Under the pieces are notes generated by a model that was not told where the DNA came from, did no database searches, and saw nothing but the letters and a program-made list of their open reading frames with translations. Below, in pieces: positions 16,936 through 26,910 of a DNA stretch of 40,797 bases. This DNA is from Candidatus Poribacteria bacterium (GTDB lineage Bacteria; Poribacteria; WGA-4E; UBA9662), in NCBI GenBank assembly GCA_046582655.1, contig JAYGDX010000013.1, positions 1 to 40,797 on the forward strand. Direction: 5' to 3'. The position numbers and the translations under genes were made by a program. How positions within the stretch are numbered: position 1 is the first letter of the stretch; every line of letters begins with the position of its first letter.

Positions 16936-17988
16936 CTACAAGTCCTCGTCTTCCACCAACCCAGTAATTCTGACAGCACGCTTCTGCCGCAATTGCCCTA
17001 GTGTTCCAAGAAACCTCGGTTTTCCCTCCACTTCGAGAATAACAGGGTCCACAATCCGTTTGTTCTCTACACGCACATCCAACTCAATGAAACGACCCAG
17101 ATTGAGTTCCTTCAGTTGGCTAAGTGGTATTATGGTCTTCGGAAAAACGGCTCGAACCAGCACTTCCGCTTTGCTGACTCGTTCCTGGACTTGTGGTTTG
17201 TATTGGTTGTCTTCTTCCTTGTCATCGACTGAATCTGCTGCATTGGTAATCGAAACATTCAAAAGACTTGCAGGTGCCTCAGCCATAATACTTTCAACAA
17301 CATCGGAAGGGTAACAGATACTCAGGTGCCCTCCGGCCTCTGCAAACATAGGTTTCACACTAAATTGAACAACCACCACAGTGTCATTAGGTGATAAGAC
17401 CTTCTTGACTTCGCTCACCTCACTCTCAAAGGAGTCGGAGTTAATCATAAAAGCAACGTCGTCCTTTGCTTGCTTCCAAATGCTATCCAGTCCATATATT
17501 ACATATTGCACCATTTGACTGATAATCACCTCCTCAATCTCCGTCAGCGGTCGACTTGGGGGGGCCTCCTGTATTCCGGTACCACCCAGAAGTTTCTCAA
17601 TAACTGAAAAGGCGAGACTGGGTTTTACTTCCATAATAACGATTCCATCTACCGCCTCCATCGAAAGCTTACAAAAACAGGATGGATCGTCGAGTCCGTC
17701 ACAGAATTCACCAAAAGTTGTTTTTTTTGCTGGTGTACACTCAACCTCTGTAAGCGATCGGATCAAGCCTGAGACAGAATCAGCAAAAAGTCGCGCACAT
17801 TGTTGATGTAAGTTGTCGATTACAACCAGGTAATCTTGCAGTAATTGTGCCGCCCCTGCAGATTGAGAAAAATCATATTTCTCATATTTCTTAACCTGAT
17901 CAGATTCTTCTTGATCAATCAGTTTCTGACTGGCTTCCGCAATTGTATCGAGTTCTTCTTCTGATAAAATCTGTTCTTGCTCAACCAT
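16936..17988 (-). CDS. fliM: Flagellar C-ring protein FliM (divergent)
   Basis: ILSEEELD N-terminus, KYDF, LLGGTG, RPLTEIE, C-terminal SpoA-like domain; located between fliL and fliN. Confidence 0.9.
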   Translation of the reverse strand: MVEQEQILSEEELDTIAEASQKLIDQEESDQVKKYEKYDFSQSAGAAQLLQDYLVVIDNLHQQCARLFADSVSGLIRSLTEVECTPAKKTTFGEFCDGLDDPSCFCKLSMEAVDGIVIMEVKPSLAFSVIEKLLGGTGIQEAPPSRPLTEIEEVIISQMVQYVIYGLDSIWKQAKDDVAFMINSDSFESEVSEVKKVLSPNDTVVVVQFSVKPMFAEAGGHLSICYPSDVVESIMAEAPASLLNVSITNAADSVDDKEEDNQYKPQVQERVSKAEVLVRAVFPKTIIPLSQLKELNLGRFIELDVRVENKRIVDPVILEVEGKPRFLGTLGQLRQKRAVRITGLVEDEDL

Positions 17989-18009
17989 ACTGCTGCTATT
18001 TCCTGAACG

Positions 18010-18573
18010 TTACTGGATAATGTATTTGCGAAACAAGACCCGTTTAATGTTAATCTTTGACTCTGAACCTGCAAAGATCTTTTGGATCTCGTATTCGAGT
18101 TCCCGCCTGAGCTTGTCCTTCACTGCCGGTTTTTGCAGTTCACTTGCTGGTTTGTCCGAAAATTTAGACAACAAAAGATCATCTATTTCAGCACGACCAA
18201 CTAGAAGAGTCGGACTATTTTCCAGGGAAGCAACCTGTTTAGCGTTTTCTAACACCAAGTCAATCTTTACGTTAATTACCCGCAGCGTATCCGGATCAGA
18301 GGTATTGATAAACGTGGCCGGGATTTTGTCAAAAACAGCTTCCTTACCATCCGACTTTTCATCTTTCTGCTTTTGTCGATCGTTATTTTTCTTTGCTGTT
18401 TGGTCTGAGTTCTTGGGGCCAGCTATCAGAAAAACAATCAATACTGCCACAATCGACATGACAACGAAGGAAGCAATCAGCAGAATAAGCTCTTTATTGG
18501 TTCCTGCAAGCAGTGATTTGAGTGAAGATCCACTCTCACTCTTCTCCTCATCCTTGTCTTCAGGTTCTTCCAT
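18010..18573 (-). CDS. fliL: Flagellar basal-body-associated protein FliL
   Basis: Single TM, FINT, KDKLRREL...I, IKRVLFRKYIIQ; upstream of fliM. Confidence 0.88.
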   Translation of the reverse strand: MEEPEDKDEEKSESGSSLKSLLAGTNKELILLIASFVVMSIVAVLIVFLIAGPKNSDQTAKKNNDRQKQKDEKSDGKEAVFDKIPATFINTSDPDTLRVINVKIDLVLENAKQVASLENSPTLLVGRAEIDDLLLSKFSDKPASELQKPAVKDKLRRELEYEIQKIFAGSESKINIKRVLFRKYIIQ

Positions 18574-18712
18574 AACTCCAATTCTCCTGACTCAACCTAA
18601 TTGATATTATACACTAATTGAAAAGCGAATTCCATATCTTAGCCAATTGGTGGAATTCAATTCGAGGCTGGGATCTGGCAGGATATTTCGAGAATCGATC
18701 TTAACTAAGGAA

Positions 18713-18733
18713 TGGAATTGAGAGGCAATTCCA
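18713..18733 (-). terminator. Hairpin immediately after the motB stop (terminator or mRNA-stabilising stem)
   Basis: TGGAATTG, 5-nt loop, CAATTCCA: a perfect 8-bp stem, but with no clean U-tract on the minus strand. Confidence 0.35.
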
Positions 18734-18737
18734 AAAC

Positions 18738-19469
18738 TCACTGGGTTGGAAGTTGATACTTGCGAGCAACCAATATTTCGACTCTTCGATTAGCCTTTTG
18801 GCGTTCGGCTGGAGACTTCTTTAGGTCTTCTCCCTTTATTGGCTGGGTATCAGCGTAACCGGCAATTGACGTTCGTTTCTCTGCAACGCCCTTTTGAATC
18901 AAGTATTTCTGTACACTTCTGGCGCGAGCAACTGAAAGTTCCCAGTTCGATGGGAATCTCCCCCCTTTGACCGGTTGGCTATCAGTATGCCCGGCAATGG
19001 CAATTCTATTGGATTCGGACTTTACTTCTTCGGCGATCTTATCGAGCACAGCACGCATTTCGGACGTCAGTTGGATACCACCAGTACTAAAACCTACTCT
19101 ATCACTTTCTTTAAGTGTTAGCAATAACCCTTCCTTCTTAATCGCGACACTGACACTTTTGGGTTTTCCTTCCTCAACGAATTTTTTCTTAATTCTATAA
19201 CCAATCCCGCGCATGCGCTCTTCTTCGTTATTGAACTTTTGCCGGATCGGTGGAATGAGCGGCGGCACCTTGGGCTCATCCCAACCACTCAATATACCCA
19301 TTGAATCCTTGAAGGAAGCTTTTACTGTATCGTATTTCACCTTGTCAAAATTGGCCATGGCAATGAGCATGACAAAGAACGTTAATAGCAATGTCGTCAT
19401 ATCCGCAAACGTTACCATCCATTCAGGTGCGCCTTCACTGCTTTCTTTCTGTTTCTTTTCTCTTGCCAT
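18738..19469 (-). CDS. motB: Flagellar stator B subunit (MotB/PomB/MotS family)
   Basis: WMVTFADMTTLLLTFFVML TM with the essential Asp; OmpA-like domain GHTD, SNWELSVARA, NRRVEI. Confidence 0.95.
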   Translation of the reverse strand: MAREKKQKESSEGAPEWMVTFADMTTLLLTFFVMLIAMANFDKVKYDTVKASFKDSMGILSGWDEPKVPPLIPPIRQKFNNEEERMRGIGYRIKKKFVEEGKPKSVSVAIKKEGLLLTLKESDRVGFSTGGIQLTSEMRAVLDKIAEEVKSESNRIAIAGHTDSQPVKGGRFPSNWELSVARARSVQKYLIQKGVAEKRTSIAGYADTQPIKGEDLKKSPAERQKANRRVEILVARKYQLPTQ

Positions 19470-19484
19470 TAAGATTCTCCAGTG

Positions 19485-20285
19485 TTACTGAGATTCTGCT
19501 TCTCGTTCAGCGTCCATTATTTCCCTTTCCTTAGGTGATAGGAACCCCATAAGAGTTCCTTCAACAACCCGCGCATTTGCTGTCTCTATTATCATTATTG
19601 CTCCTTCGATAGTAATCTGGCGGTAAAGCATTTCATTCCTATGGCGCATCTTCAGTTTAGAGCATATAGGCGTGAATACCAGGTTAGACAGAATTGCTCC
19701 GTAAAAAGTGGTAATCAGAGCAATAGACATAGCAGGACCAATTCCTCCAGGATCGTCACCCATCGCTTGAAGCATCAAGACCAGGCCCATCAGTGTGCCA
19801 ATCATGCCAAATGCCGGACTATACTTGTTCAGATAGTCGAAGATGTCTTGTCCCGCGCTATGGCGCTCCTCGATAAAGGCCAGTTCATTTTCAAGGAGAG
19901 CTCGCGCCGCCTCAGGACTTTCGCCATCAACAACATAGCCCATCGCCTTTCTAAGAAAAGGATCTCCGACATCTTCCAGCCTACTTTCAAGTTGGAGAAC
20001 CCCTTCCAGCCTGGCCACATTTGAAAATAAAACGATCTGCTTAATCAGTACGCTATTTGAAAATATGGGTTCCACAAAGGCGTTCTTACCTACAGCAAAA
20101 GTTGTCTTCATTTGAGACATTGGGAAGGTAATAAAGGTAGAAGCAATTGTGCCAACAAAAACTACAGCAAAGGAGGCCGAATCAAGAAAGAACCCCAGAT
20201 TGTTGAAGTTTGAGAAGTTGGCTGTACAGCCAAAAACAAGGGCGCCAACGCCCAAAAGCAAGCCCACAATCGATGCTATATCCAT
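19485..20285 (-). CDS. motA: Flagellar stator A subunit (MotA/PomA/MotP family)
   Basis: MDIASIVG, ARLEGVLQLE, DPFL...VVDG, PAFGMIGTLMGLV, ALITTFYG. Confidence 0.95.
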   Translation of the reverse strand: MDIASIVGLLLGVGALVFGCTANFSNFNNLGFFLDSASFAVVFVGTIASTFITFPMSQMKTTFAVGKNAFVEPIFSNSVLIKQIVLFSNVARLEGVLQLESRLEDVGDPFLRKAMGYVVDGESPEAARALLENELAFIEERHSAGQDIFDYLNKYSPAFGMIGTLMGLVLMLQAMGDDPGGIGPAMSIALITTFYGAILSNLVFTPICSKLKMRHRNEMLYRQITIEGAIMIIETANARVVEGTLMGFLSPKEREIMDAEREAESQ

Positions 20286-20355
20286 AAAGATACCCTTCTT
20301 TTACGCCATTTTTGAAGTTAACGTTTCCCGTCAATTAATAGATGACTCTTTAAAA

Positions 20356-22422
20356 TTAACGTTTCAGGTTAATCAGTTCAGTCAGCACGTCATCGGATGT
20401 GGTAATCACTCGTGAGTTTGCCTGCAGACCTCTCTGAGCGGTAATCATCAGGGTAAACTGTTCAGCAATATCAACGTTGGATCTCTCAAGTTTCTTAGAA
20501 ACAATTTTTGATAATACTTTCGCCGCATCCGCCACAATTGGGTTTCCAGAGTTAACTGAATTGATGAACAAGCTATCCTGCGCTTTAATCAAACCGGTTG
20601 GGTTATTAAACTGAGCCACACTAATCTGGGCCTTCACCTTTCGAATACCATTATCGAAATTGGCAAAGACCATTCCGGCTTCGTCAATGGAAACTGATTC
20701 CATAACACCCAGAGCGGAACCGTCTTGATCGACTACCGCAGCTGTTGATGGAGAGGCAAAGAAAGTCACCCCATCAAACAATCCTTCAGATCCGACCAGA
20801 AGTTCAACCGACACCAAGGCCGAATCGTTACCTGGATCAAAACTGAATGCTGTCGCCCCCGCATCGTACTGTAGCGAGTTCAAAGAACCGTCACGGTTAA
20901 ACTGTATGATTCCGGTTGCTCCACTTCGGACAGTTTCTTTGCCTGTCAAAAATGCTCGCCAGTTCCACTTTCCAGATTCACGCGTTCTAGTGAACTCAAC
21001 CTGTAGTGTGTGTGCTTGACCAATATTGTCATAAGTTGTGGTTGTCATCGTGTGTGTAACGTCTGATGCAGCTTGCTCTTCGAAAAATGTGAAGCTACTG
21101 CCGAACGAGGCGCGTGTATCTGTATTCGGGTCCTCACCAGAAACAATTTTCAAGGAAGTCACTGACCGGGCAATTCCAAGTCCACCCTCAATTCGGATCC
21201 GCCCGTCCTCCTCAATCTCAACCTTCTCCTCCGGTTGCGGTATAGTTCCATAGAGTGCGGTTGCCAGGTTGAGACGAAACTGTTCGAAAGTTGACGTCTC
21301 ATCGATATCAGCAAATAGGGATGTGGCTGGGAGCAGTGATCCTCCAATTGACGCCGACAGTAATGTGAGATCGTCACCGATTTGCAGCCCGAGCGTGTCA
21401 CCTTGAGCATTTCGCAGGTTAATCACTGGATCAGTACGGCCCGCTCGGTGGGCGAATTCGTCAGAATTGACGGATTGGCCTGCTCCAAAACCGGCTGTAA
21501 TCAGCACAGATTCATGCACGGTTGCAAAGGCAGCATCCAGTGCACTATTTGTATCACTTCGAATCACCATTCGGACTTCAGGAGCAACAGAGGTAAAAGT
21601 TATCTGACCATTTCCGCCATCTGCAGGATCATTAAAGACAGTCGTAAACCGAGCATTGAATTCATTATCAACAGCCGTAGCCAGATCTGCTAACGTGGTA
21701 AAATCCACACCATAGCTGAAATTTTTTGTACTGACCTGATCCCCAACCGTTATAGAGTCCAAACCACTAATCAGGTTTAGAAATGTTTCAGCTGCCCCGT
21801 TAGCAAAAAGACCACTGATGTCTTCATCCTGGGAGGCAGTAGCCAAGAACGACTTGGTACGTGTTAATGTCCCTTGCATAGACGTCTCAGCGTCGAGGTT
21901 TCCGGTAATTGTCACTGCAGTGGTGGCTTTAGGCTCAACACGCGTATCTACTGCCAGAACGAGTTTTCCAACAACGGCATCTTCAGCAATTACCCCTTCT
22001 GCGGTTGCTTGCTTTCCTTGAACAGCATACCCCTGATTGTTGACCAAGGTACCTTCACCATCGAAACCAAAGCTCCCGTTTCTCGTAAAGAAATCGCGAT
22101 TACCATCATTTACAATAAAGAACGAGTTGCCGAGAATGGCCATATCAGTCACATTTCCAGTATCCTGAAGAGCCCCTTGAGAGAAAGTTGACTTGATGCC
22201 ACCAATCGAAGAGCCAAGCCCGATTTGCAAGGGGTTTGAACCACCTCGTTTGTCTGTCGGCCCTTGAGCGGGTCCAACCATCTGACTCAATGTCTCTTGA
22301 AATGTTGCCTGCATCGTCTTGTAACCAATAGTATTAATATTGGCAATGTTACTACCGACGACGTCCATCTGAGTTTGGTGTCCTCTAACACCGGCTAGGC
22401 CATTAAGAATTGATTTAAGCAT
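20356..22422 (-). CDS. flgE: Flagellar hook protein FlgE (large, with inserted domains)
   Basis: MDVVGSNIANINTIGYK, FFTRNGSF, LERSNVDIAEQFTLMITAQRGLQANSRVITTSD; follows flgD. Confidence 0.95.
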   Translation of the reverse strand: MLKSILNGLAGVRGHQTQMDVVGSNIANINTIGYKTMQATFQETLSQMVGPAQGPTDKRGGSNPLQIGLGSSIGGIKSTFSQGALQDTGNVTDMAILGNSFFIVNDGNRDFFTRNGSFGFDGEGTLVNNQGYAVQGKQATAEGVIAEDAVVGKLVLAVDTRVEPKATTAVTITGNLDAETSMQGTLTRTKSFLATASQDEDISGLFANGAAETFLNLISGLDSITVGDQVSTKNFSYGVDFTTLADLATAVDNEFNARFTTVFNDPADGGNGQITFTSVAPEVRMVIRSDTNSALDAAFATVHESVLITAGFGAGQSVNSDEFAHRAGRTDPVINLRNAQGDTLGLQIGDDLTLLSASIGGSLLPATSLFADIDETSTFEQFRLNLATALYGTIPQPEEKVEIEEDGRIRIEGGLGIARSVTSLKIVSGEDPNTDTRASFGSSFTFFEEQAASDVTHTMTTTTYDNIGQAHTLQVEFTRTRESGKWNWRAFLTGKETVRSGATGIIQFNRDGSLNSLQYDAGATAFSFDPGNDSALVSVELLVGSEGLFDGVTFFASPSTAAVVDQDGSALGVMESVSIDEAGMVFANFDNGIRKVKAQISVAQFNNPTGLIKAQDSLFINSVNSGNPIVADAAKVLSKIVSKKLERSNVDIAEQFTLMITAQRGLQANSRVITTSDDVLTELINLKR

Positions 22423-22467
22423 GTGTAAGTTCTCCTTTTTTGTTGTTACATAAAATTGTGTTAACAG

Positions 22468-23175
22468 TTACATTGAAGCAGAAACGATTTCGCTAGCTAA
22501 AATGGATTCTCCGTTGACGAACAGTCTGGTTTCGTTATCTTCGTAGGAGACCTTTGAAACTTGACCTGACATCAGCGGTTTGACTTGAACACTTCCATCT
22601 GCTTGGTTGGTGCCTATCACCCGAAAAGTGTAATCACCGTCCGGTTGAAGAGTACCTTCCTGATCACGACCATCCCAGAAGACACTCACAGTTTTTGCAT
22701 TTTGCATACCAAGGTTGGTTGAAGACACCATTTCACCACCTTCGTTGTACATTTCAAACTGCACATAAGCCGGTGCAGAAAGTGATGCGCCAATTTCCAC
22801 AGGCTTCCCATCGGTGAGTTGAACCTTTGATCCGGGAACCTGCACAGTTTTTCCAAGGTACTGTGTTTGGTACTGTGTTTTCATCATATCGGACATGGTC
22901 CGCTGTAGCGACATCTGGCTTTCCATGCTCTTATTGAGTTTCTGCATCTGCTCAAGCGCGCTGAACTGGGCGGTCTGCGCAATGAAGTCGCTATTTTTCA
23001 TCGGTTCAAGAGGATTTTGATATTTTAACTGCGTTATCAGCAAGTTCAAGAAATCCTCTTTTCCAAGCCGTTCTTCGCCAACCAACTCTGTAATCGGCTT
23101 CTTGGAATCCAATCCGCCGAGTTTAGACAGTAACATACCGTCCGTTTGCTTTGAGTTGTCTCTACCAATCTGCAT
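22468..23175 (-). CDS. flgD: Hook capping protein FlgD
   Basis: [23 protein letters not shown]...[14 protein letters not shown]-terminal WDG...PDGDYTF Ig-like domain. Confidence 0.96.
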   Translation of the reverse strand: MQIGRDNSKQTDGMLLSKLGGLDSKKPITELVGEERLGKEDFLNLLITQLKYQNPLEPMKNSDFIAQTAQFSALEQMQKLNKSMESQMSLQRTMSDMMKTQYQTQYLGKTVQVPGSKVQLTDGKPVEIGASLSAPAYVQFEMYNEGGEMVSSTNLGMQNAKTVSVFWDGRDQEGTLQPDGDYTFRVIGTNQADGSVQVKPLMSGQVSKVSYEDNETRLFVNGESILASEIVSASM

Positions 23176-23185
23176 TATTTCCTCC

Positions 23186-25717
23186 TTATATGATTAAATT
23201 CAGATCGCTTGAATCGTCGTTTGAACTGTCGCGAGACATGTCTTGGTTCATCTCCGATTCGAACTCCGTATGTTCGTCCTGGTTGCTATTAGAATTCGGA
23301 TTTGACTGCTGTTGCTGATCGGCAAACTGTGCTGACCGATCATGAGACTGCTGTGAATCGTTTCCACTACCAATCACCGAGATATCCAGATTGCCCAACC
23401 GAATGCCCTGATTCTGTAACGTTGCGCTCAAATCAGCAAGTTCTGACACCAGTAAATTTTGGGCTTGAGTAGTTGTTGCGCGGATCTGGACAGTAATTTC
23501 CTCATTCCGACTAGTAACCCGAACAATCAAACGACCGAGATACTCCGGTCTGAGGCGAATGGTAACTTCCCGTTGACCGTTGCCTCTGGCCAGTTGCCGG
23601 TGAGACTGAATTTCCTCAATCATCCGTTGTCGGGCTTCCTGGATAGTTCTTTCTTGCGACATTGCCAGCGATTCTGCTCCAACCTCAATATTCTGCGAGA
23701 TCGGATCAGAGACACCTAAATTCTGAACTGAACTGTTTATCGAAGTTAAGGTTGCGTTTCTGGTAGATGCAACCCGGCTACCAATCTCAGGCTGGAACAT
23801 CTCCTCAAATTCAGCTGCTACATCAAATTGTGCTGAAATTTCGCCTGAACTGACTTCATCTGTCAGAGGGGCTGACGTATTCTCAGTGTTGCCTTGCAAC
23901 CTCTGAAGCAGTTGATATCCCTGTCGCCGAAGCTGAGCAAAATCTGTTCGGACAATTGGTTGAGGTGCCACATCAATTTTAGCCGATTTTACTTCGATCG
24001 ATTCAATCTGCTGACCTTTTAGATTTAATTCAAGTTCCGGATCCATTTGTCCAGTCACGGCAACGTTGGTCGTCGATGCCAGACGTTGTGCGTGAGATTG
24101 CAACATCTCGGCGGTGCTAGTCGGGTTGTTCTGTTGATTCTGGCTCACAATCTGCTCAATCTTCTGCGTGATTGATTCTAAGTGACGTGGTAGATCGGCT
24201 TGAAATTCAAGACGAATCTGCTTGTCGCTTATCTTGGCAGACAGTGATAACTGGGATGAATTTGAAGCGCCTGGATCCTCTTGTGTTTTGTCCGACGACA
24301 TATCGGCCAGATAATCAACTGCCATCTTCATTGCGGTCGATGAGGACCTTACCGTGGCATTGACCGATTCAGCCAAATCAGTGGATTGTGCAATCGGCAG
24401 AATGGTACTGGATTCTTCCAGACTGTTTGCTGTGGTCAACACGGTTATGCCTCCACCGAAACTTTCCTGAACAAGAGAATTCGATGAAGCAAAGTCTCCC
24501 CCAAAAACAATCCGTTGAACTCCTTCCAAATCTGAACCTGACGGGAGGCGATCAACATCCTGCAAGTAAGAAATAAGCGGTGTCATTGTGCCAGCGAGTT
24601 CCTCAAGCGGGAAATCAGGGTGCGTAATCTCTGCTTTAGGTAACTGGACCGAAAGTTTCTGTTCAACGACCCGAATAACAGCATCTTTTCCCATAGGTCT
24701 TATGTCTAATTCAACTGCCTCTGTAACATTGTCCATTGCAGATACAGGGGTTAAATTCTGATGTATTAGTCTGTTTAGACTTTCAACTGGTGTGCTGATT
24801 AACACCACTGAATCAGACTCAAGACCAGGTGTGCCAGCGGAAAGTTGATCTGCGTTAAGATCAAGCGTGCCGATGGAAAGTTGAGCTGCGTTAAGATCAA
24901 GCGTGCCGATGGAAAGTTGAGCTGCGTTATTCAGGTTCAGGTTGAACAAAAGGGGGATTGCCATAACTGATGCTATGCTCTCAGATGGGAACTCAGTTGC
25001 CAAAAAGGCAGTTTTTGGCAACGCTATCGAGAGGTCCCGACCGACAATGCCGATTTCAATGATATCATCATCAACCGCAACCTGGAGATTAGGTGTTATT
25101 GCCGAGGTTTCTTGTATTCCCGCGTTAGTTGAAAGTCGTGCCCATAAGGCGTTTTTCAGATGCTCTACTCGTGACCTGATGGTATCCTGTGCGGGTAGAC
25201 TTTTTAAGGTAGAAGATGAATCAGCAAATCCCTGAACAAAACTAACCAGTTCCGACAGCCTATCAACCGATAATTCGGGCGATAGTGGGATATTTGTAAA
25301 ATGCCACTGATCCATAACAAAATTCTCATTGACGGAACCCTCATTTGTACCATCCAATTCTGGAAATACAACCGAAATTGATAGCTGATCCCCATTATGA
25401 TGATAACTGATTAATGATTGAAGCACATTCTGGTTCGTTAAATCAGCTTGTTGGTAGCCCCCATTCAAAAGGGTGATAATCGGTTGCAACTTATCACCGA
25501 ATGAAGATCCCAGATTAAAAGTCTGATTCTGCGAATCCAAAGCTGCCTGAATTTTAGGATCCTCAATTCCCGCCATCAGGGCAGAAAGCAGTTCTGAAAA
25601 AAGAGGTCCGGTCAATCCCGATCCGCCTGAACCAATCTCTTTTACATCATTTGCTGTTAGCTTCGCTGATGATGCAGTGTTAACTTCAGTCTGTGTTGAT
25701 ATAGCTTGCCAAAACAT
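23186..25717 (-). CDS. fliK: Hook-length control protein FliK (843 aa)
   Basis: C-terminal T3S4 domain [15 protein letters not shown]...L...L.NQGI, Q/S/N-rich tail ending LNLII; upstream of flgD. Confidence 0.88.
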   Translation of the reverse strand: MFWQAISTQTEVNTASSAKLTANDVKEIGSGGSGLTGPLFSELLSALMAGIEDPKIQAALDSQNQTFNLGSSFGDKLQPIITLLNGGYQQADLTNQNVLQSLISYHHNGDQLSISVVFPELDGTNEGSVNENFVMDQWHFTNIPLSPELSVDRLSELVSFVQGFADSSSTLKSLPAQDTIRSRVEHLKNALWARLSTNAGIQETSAITPNLQVAVDDDIIEIGIVGRDLSIALPKTAFLATEFPSESIASVMAIPLLFNLNLNNAAQLSIGTLDLNAAQLSIGTLDLNADQLSAGTPGLESDSVVLISTPVESLNRLIHQNLTPVSAMDNVTEAVELDIRPMGKDAVIRVVEQKLSVQLPKAEITHPDFPLEELAGTMTPLISYLQDVDRLPSGSDLEGVQRIVFGGDFASSNSLVQESFGGGITVLTTANSLEESSTILPIAQSTDLAESVNATVRSSSTAMKMAVDYLADMSSDKTQEDPGASNSSQLSLSAKISDKQIRLEFQADLPRHLESITQKIEQIVSQNQQNNPTSTAEMLQSHAQRLASTTNVAVTGQMDPELELNLKGQQIESIEVKSAKIDVAPQPIVRTDFAQLRRQGYQLLQRLQGNTENTSAPLTDEVSSGEISAQFDVAAEFEEMFQPEIGSRVASTRNATLTSINSSVQNLGVSDPISQNIEVGAESLAMSQERTIQEARQRMIEEIQSHRQLARGNGQREVTIRLRPEYLGRLIVRVTSRNEEITVQIRATTTQAQNLLVSELADLSATLQNQGIRLGNLDISVIGSGNDSQQSHDRSAQFADQQQQSNPNSNSNQDEHTEFESEMNQDMSRDSSNDDSSDLNLII
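24830..24929 (-). repeat. 36-bp (12-aa) in-frame tandem repeat inside fliK
   Basis: Two identical copies of tgcgttaagatcaagcgtgccgatggaaagttgagc (24851-24886, 24887-24922) plus a degenerate third; encodes ([12 protein letters not shown])2-NADQLSAGT. Confidence 0.95.
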
Positions 25718-25737
25718 TCTTAAATTACCACCTTTTT

Positions 25738-26289
25738 TTATCTCTTTTTCTGAGATTTCAAAATACTCATTCTTTTTGCTAAATCCACATTTTGATTGAT
25801 TGCACTGAGCAACTTGTCATAATTCTTGGCGAATACCGCATTTTGGCGCATAAACGGCATAGCGTACAACACAAAGAATTCGAGACCTTCTGGCTCAAGC
25901 ATTCCTAAAGTGGCAACGGTACCGTCAACCTGTTTATCACGCAGATAGTCGATCGCCATGTCTTCACCTCTTTGGTATGTACCCATCTTGGTTTCAAGCG
26001 CTACATATTGTGTTGTCAATTCTTTTAGTTCTGCCTCAGTCACTCTTAGGTCATCCATTTTAGAGGCATGCTCCGATTCTAACTGGTCTATAAGCTCTTC
26101 TATCTCTGCCTCTTGATTCATCAGGCTCTGAAGATTTTCAATATCTGGCAGGTCAATTGTGGAAAAACCGTATGCTTCTCCAGATGTAACCAGGTCTCGC
26201 TGATCAGAATTGAATAAGAGCATTAATCCAAAGACCAGCGCTAAAAAGTAAAAGATAAGAGACACCAAAGCTAAAATCTTAACTGCCAT
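25738..26289 (-). CDS. MotE/YlxF/FlbB-like flagellar membrane protein
   Basis: N-terminal TM, coiled coil and short helical C-domain; occupies the fliJ-X-fliK slot held by ylxF/flbB in other clusters. Mostly a synteny call. Confidence 0.55.
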   Translation of the reverse strand: MAVKILALVSLIFYFLALVFGLMLLFNSDQRDLVTSGEAYGFSTIDLPDIENLQSLMNQEAEIEELIDQLESEHASKMDDLRVTEAELKELTTQYVALETKMGTYQRGEDMAIDYLRDKQVDGTVATLGMLEPEGLEFFVLYAMPFMRQNAVFAKNYDKLLSAINQNVDLAKRMSILKSQKKR

Positions 26290-26427
26290 GATTGTTTCTC
26301 CTGGTCTGTTTGGATTGGTATTGTTGCGTAATCCAAGGTAGACGTTGAGGTATGCTACTGGCTACTAAAATAGAAAACAACTATCCAAGTCAGCATGACA
26401 AGATTAAATATTCAGTTATTTTTTTAT

Positions 26428-26868
26428 TTATTGTGGATCTTTTGCCGATCGTGAACCAGCAATTTCATCAAGAAATTTCTGTTCTTCAACTCTAGCTTCG
26501 TAATCATGCTGTTCACGTAATTTCTCTTTCATTCTAACAAGCACTTCATGCTCAATTTGTGCCTGACGGAGAACTTCACGTGCCGATTCTACTTCAGCCT
26601 CAACTTCTTTAACCGCAGCGAGTTGTCTGATCCCCATTAGTTCCAGTTGATCTATGTACGGCACATAAATTACGAAATCCTTTGTAGTTGGATTATTTTT
26701 CCGCTCAAATTCGGAAATCGTTTCCGATTTCTTCCGTTGAATACCGTTGAGCTTCTGTTGTTCCAACTGTAATTTGCTGACAACCGCCGCAAGTTCCCTT
26801 GCACAATTTTCATATGCAAGTTTCCTCTTACGCAAGACTGGTTCCAAGTTGAATCGAAATTTCTTCAT
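26428..26868 (-). CDS. fliJ: Flagellar export protein FliJ
   Basis: MKKFRFNLEPVL.R start, coiled coil, EEQKFLDEIA end; follows fliI. Confidence 0.92.
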   Translation of the reverse strand: MKKFRFNLEPVLRKRKLAYENCARELAAVVSKLQLEQQKLNGIQRKKSETISEFERKNNPTTKDFVIYVPYIDQLELMGIRQLAAVKEVEAEVESAREVLRQAQIEHEVLVRMKEKLREQHDYEARVEEQKFLDEIAGSRSAKDPQ

Positions 26869-26910
26869 TTTCTGAAAAAAAGGTAGGATTTTCTGAAAAA
26901 AGTTAAACTT

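Noticed and set aside
16883..16936. N-terminal extension of FliN given by the ORF track
   Set aside because: The ATG at 16882 has a purine-rich RBS and is the more plausible start.
18020..18604. 194-aa plus-strand ORF, and the many other antisense or nested ORFs in the track
   Set aside because: They are Ser/Phe-rich mirrors of real minus-strand flagellar genes with no independent evidence.
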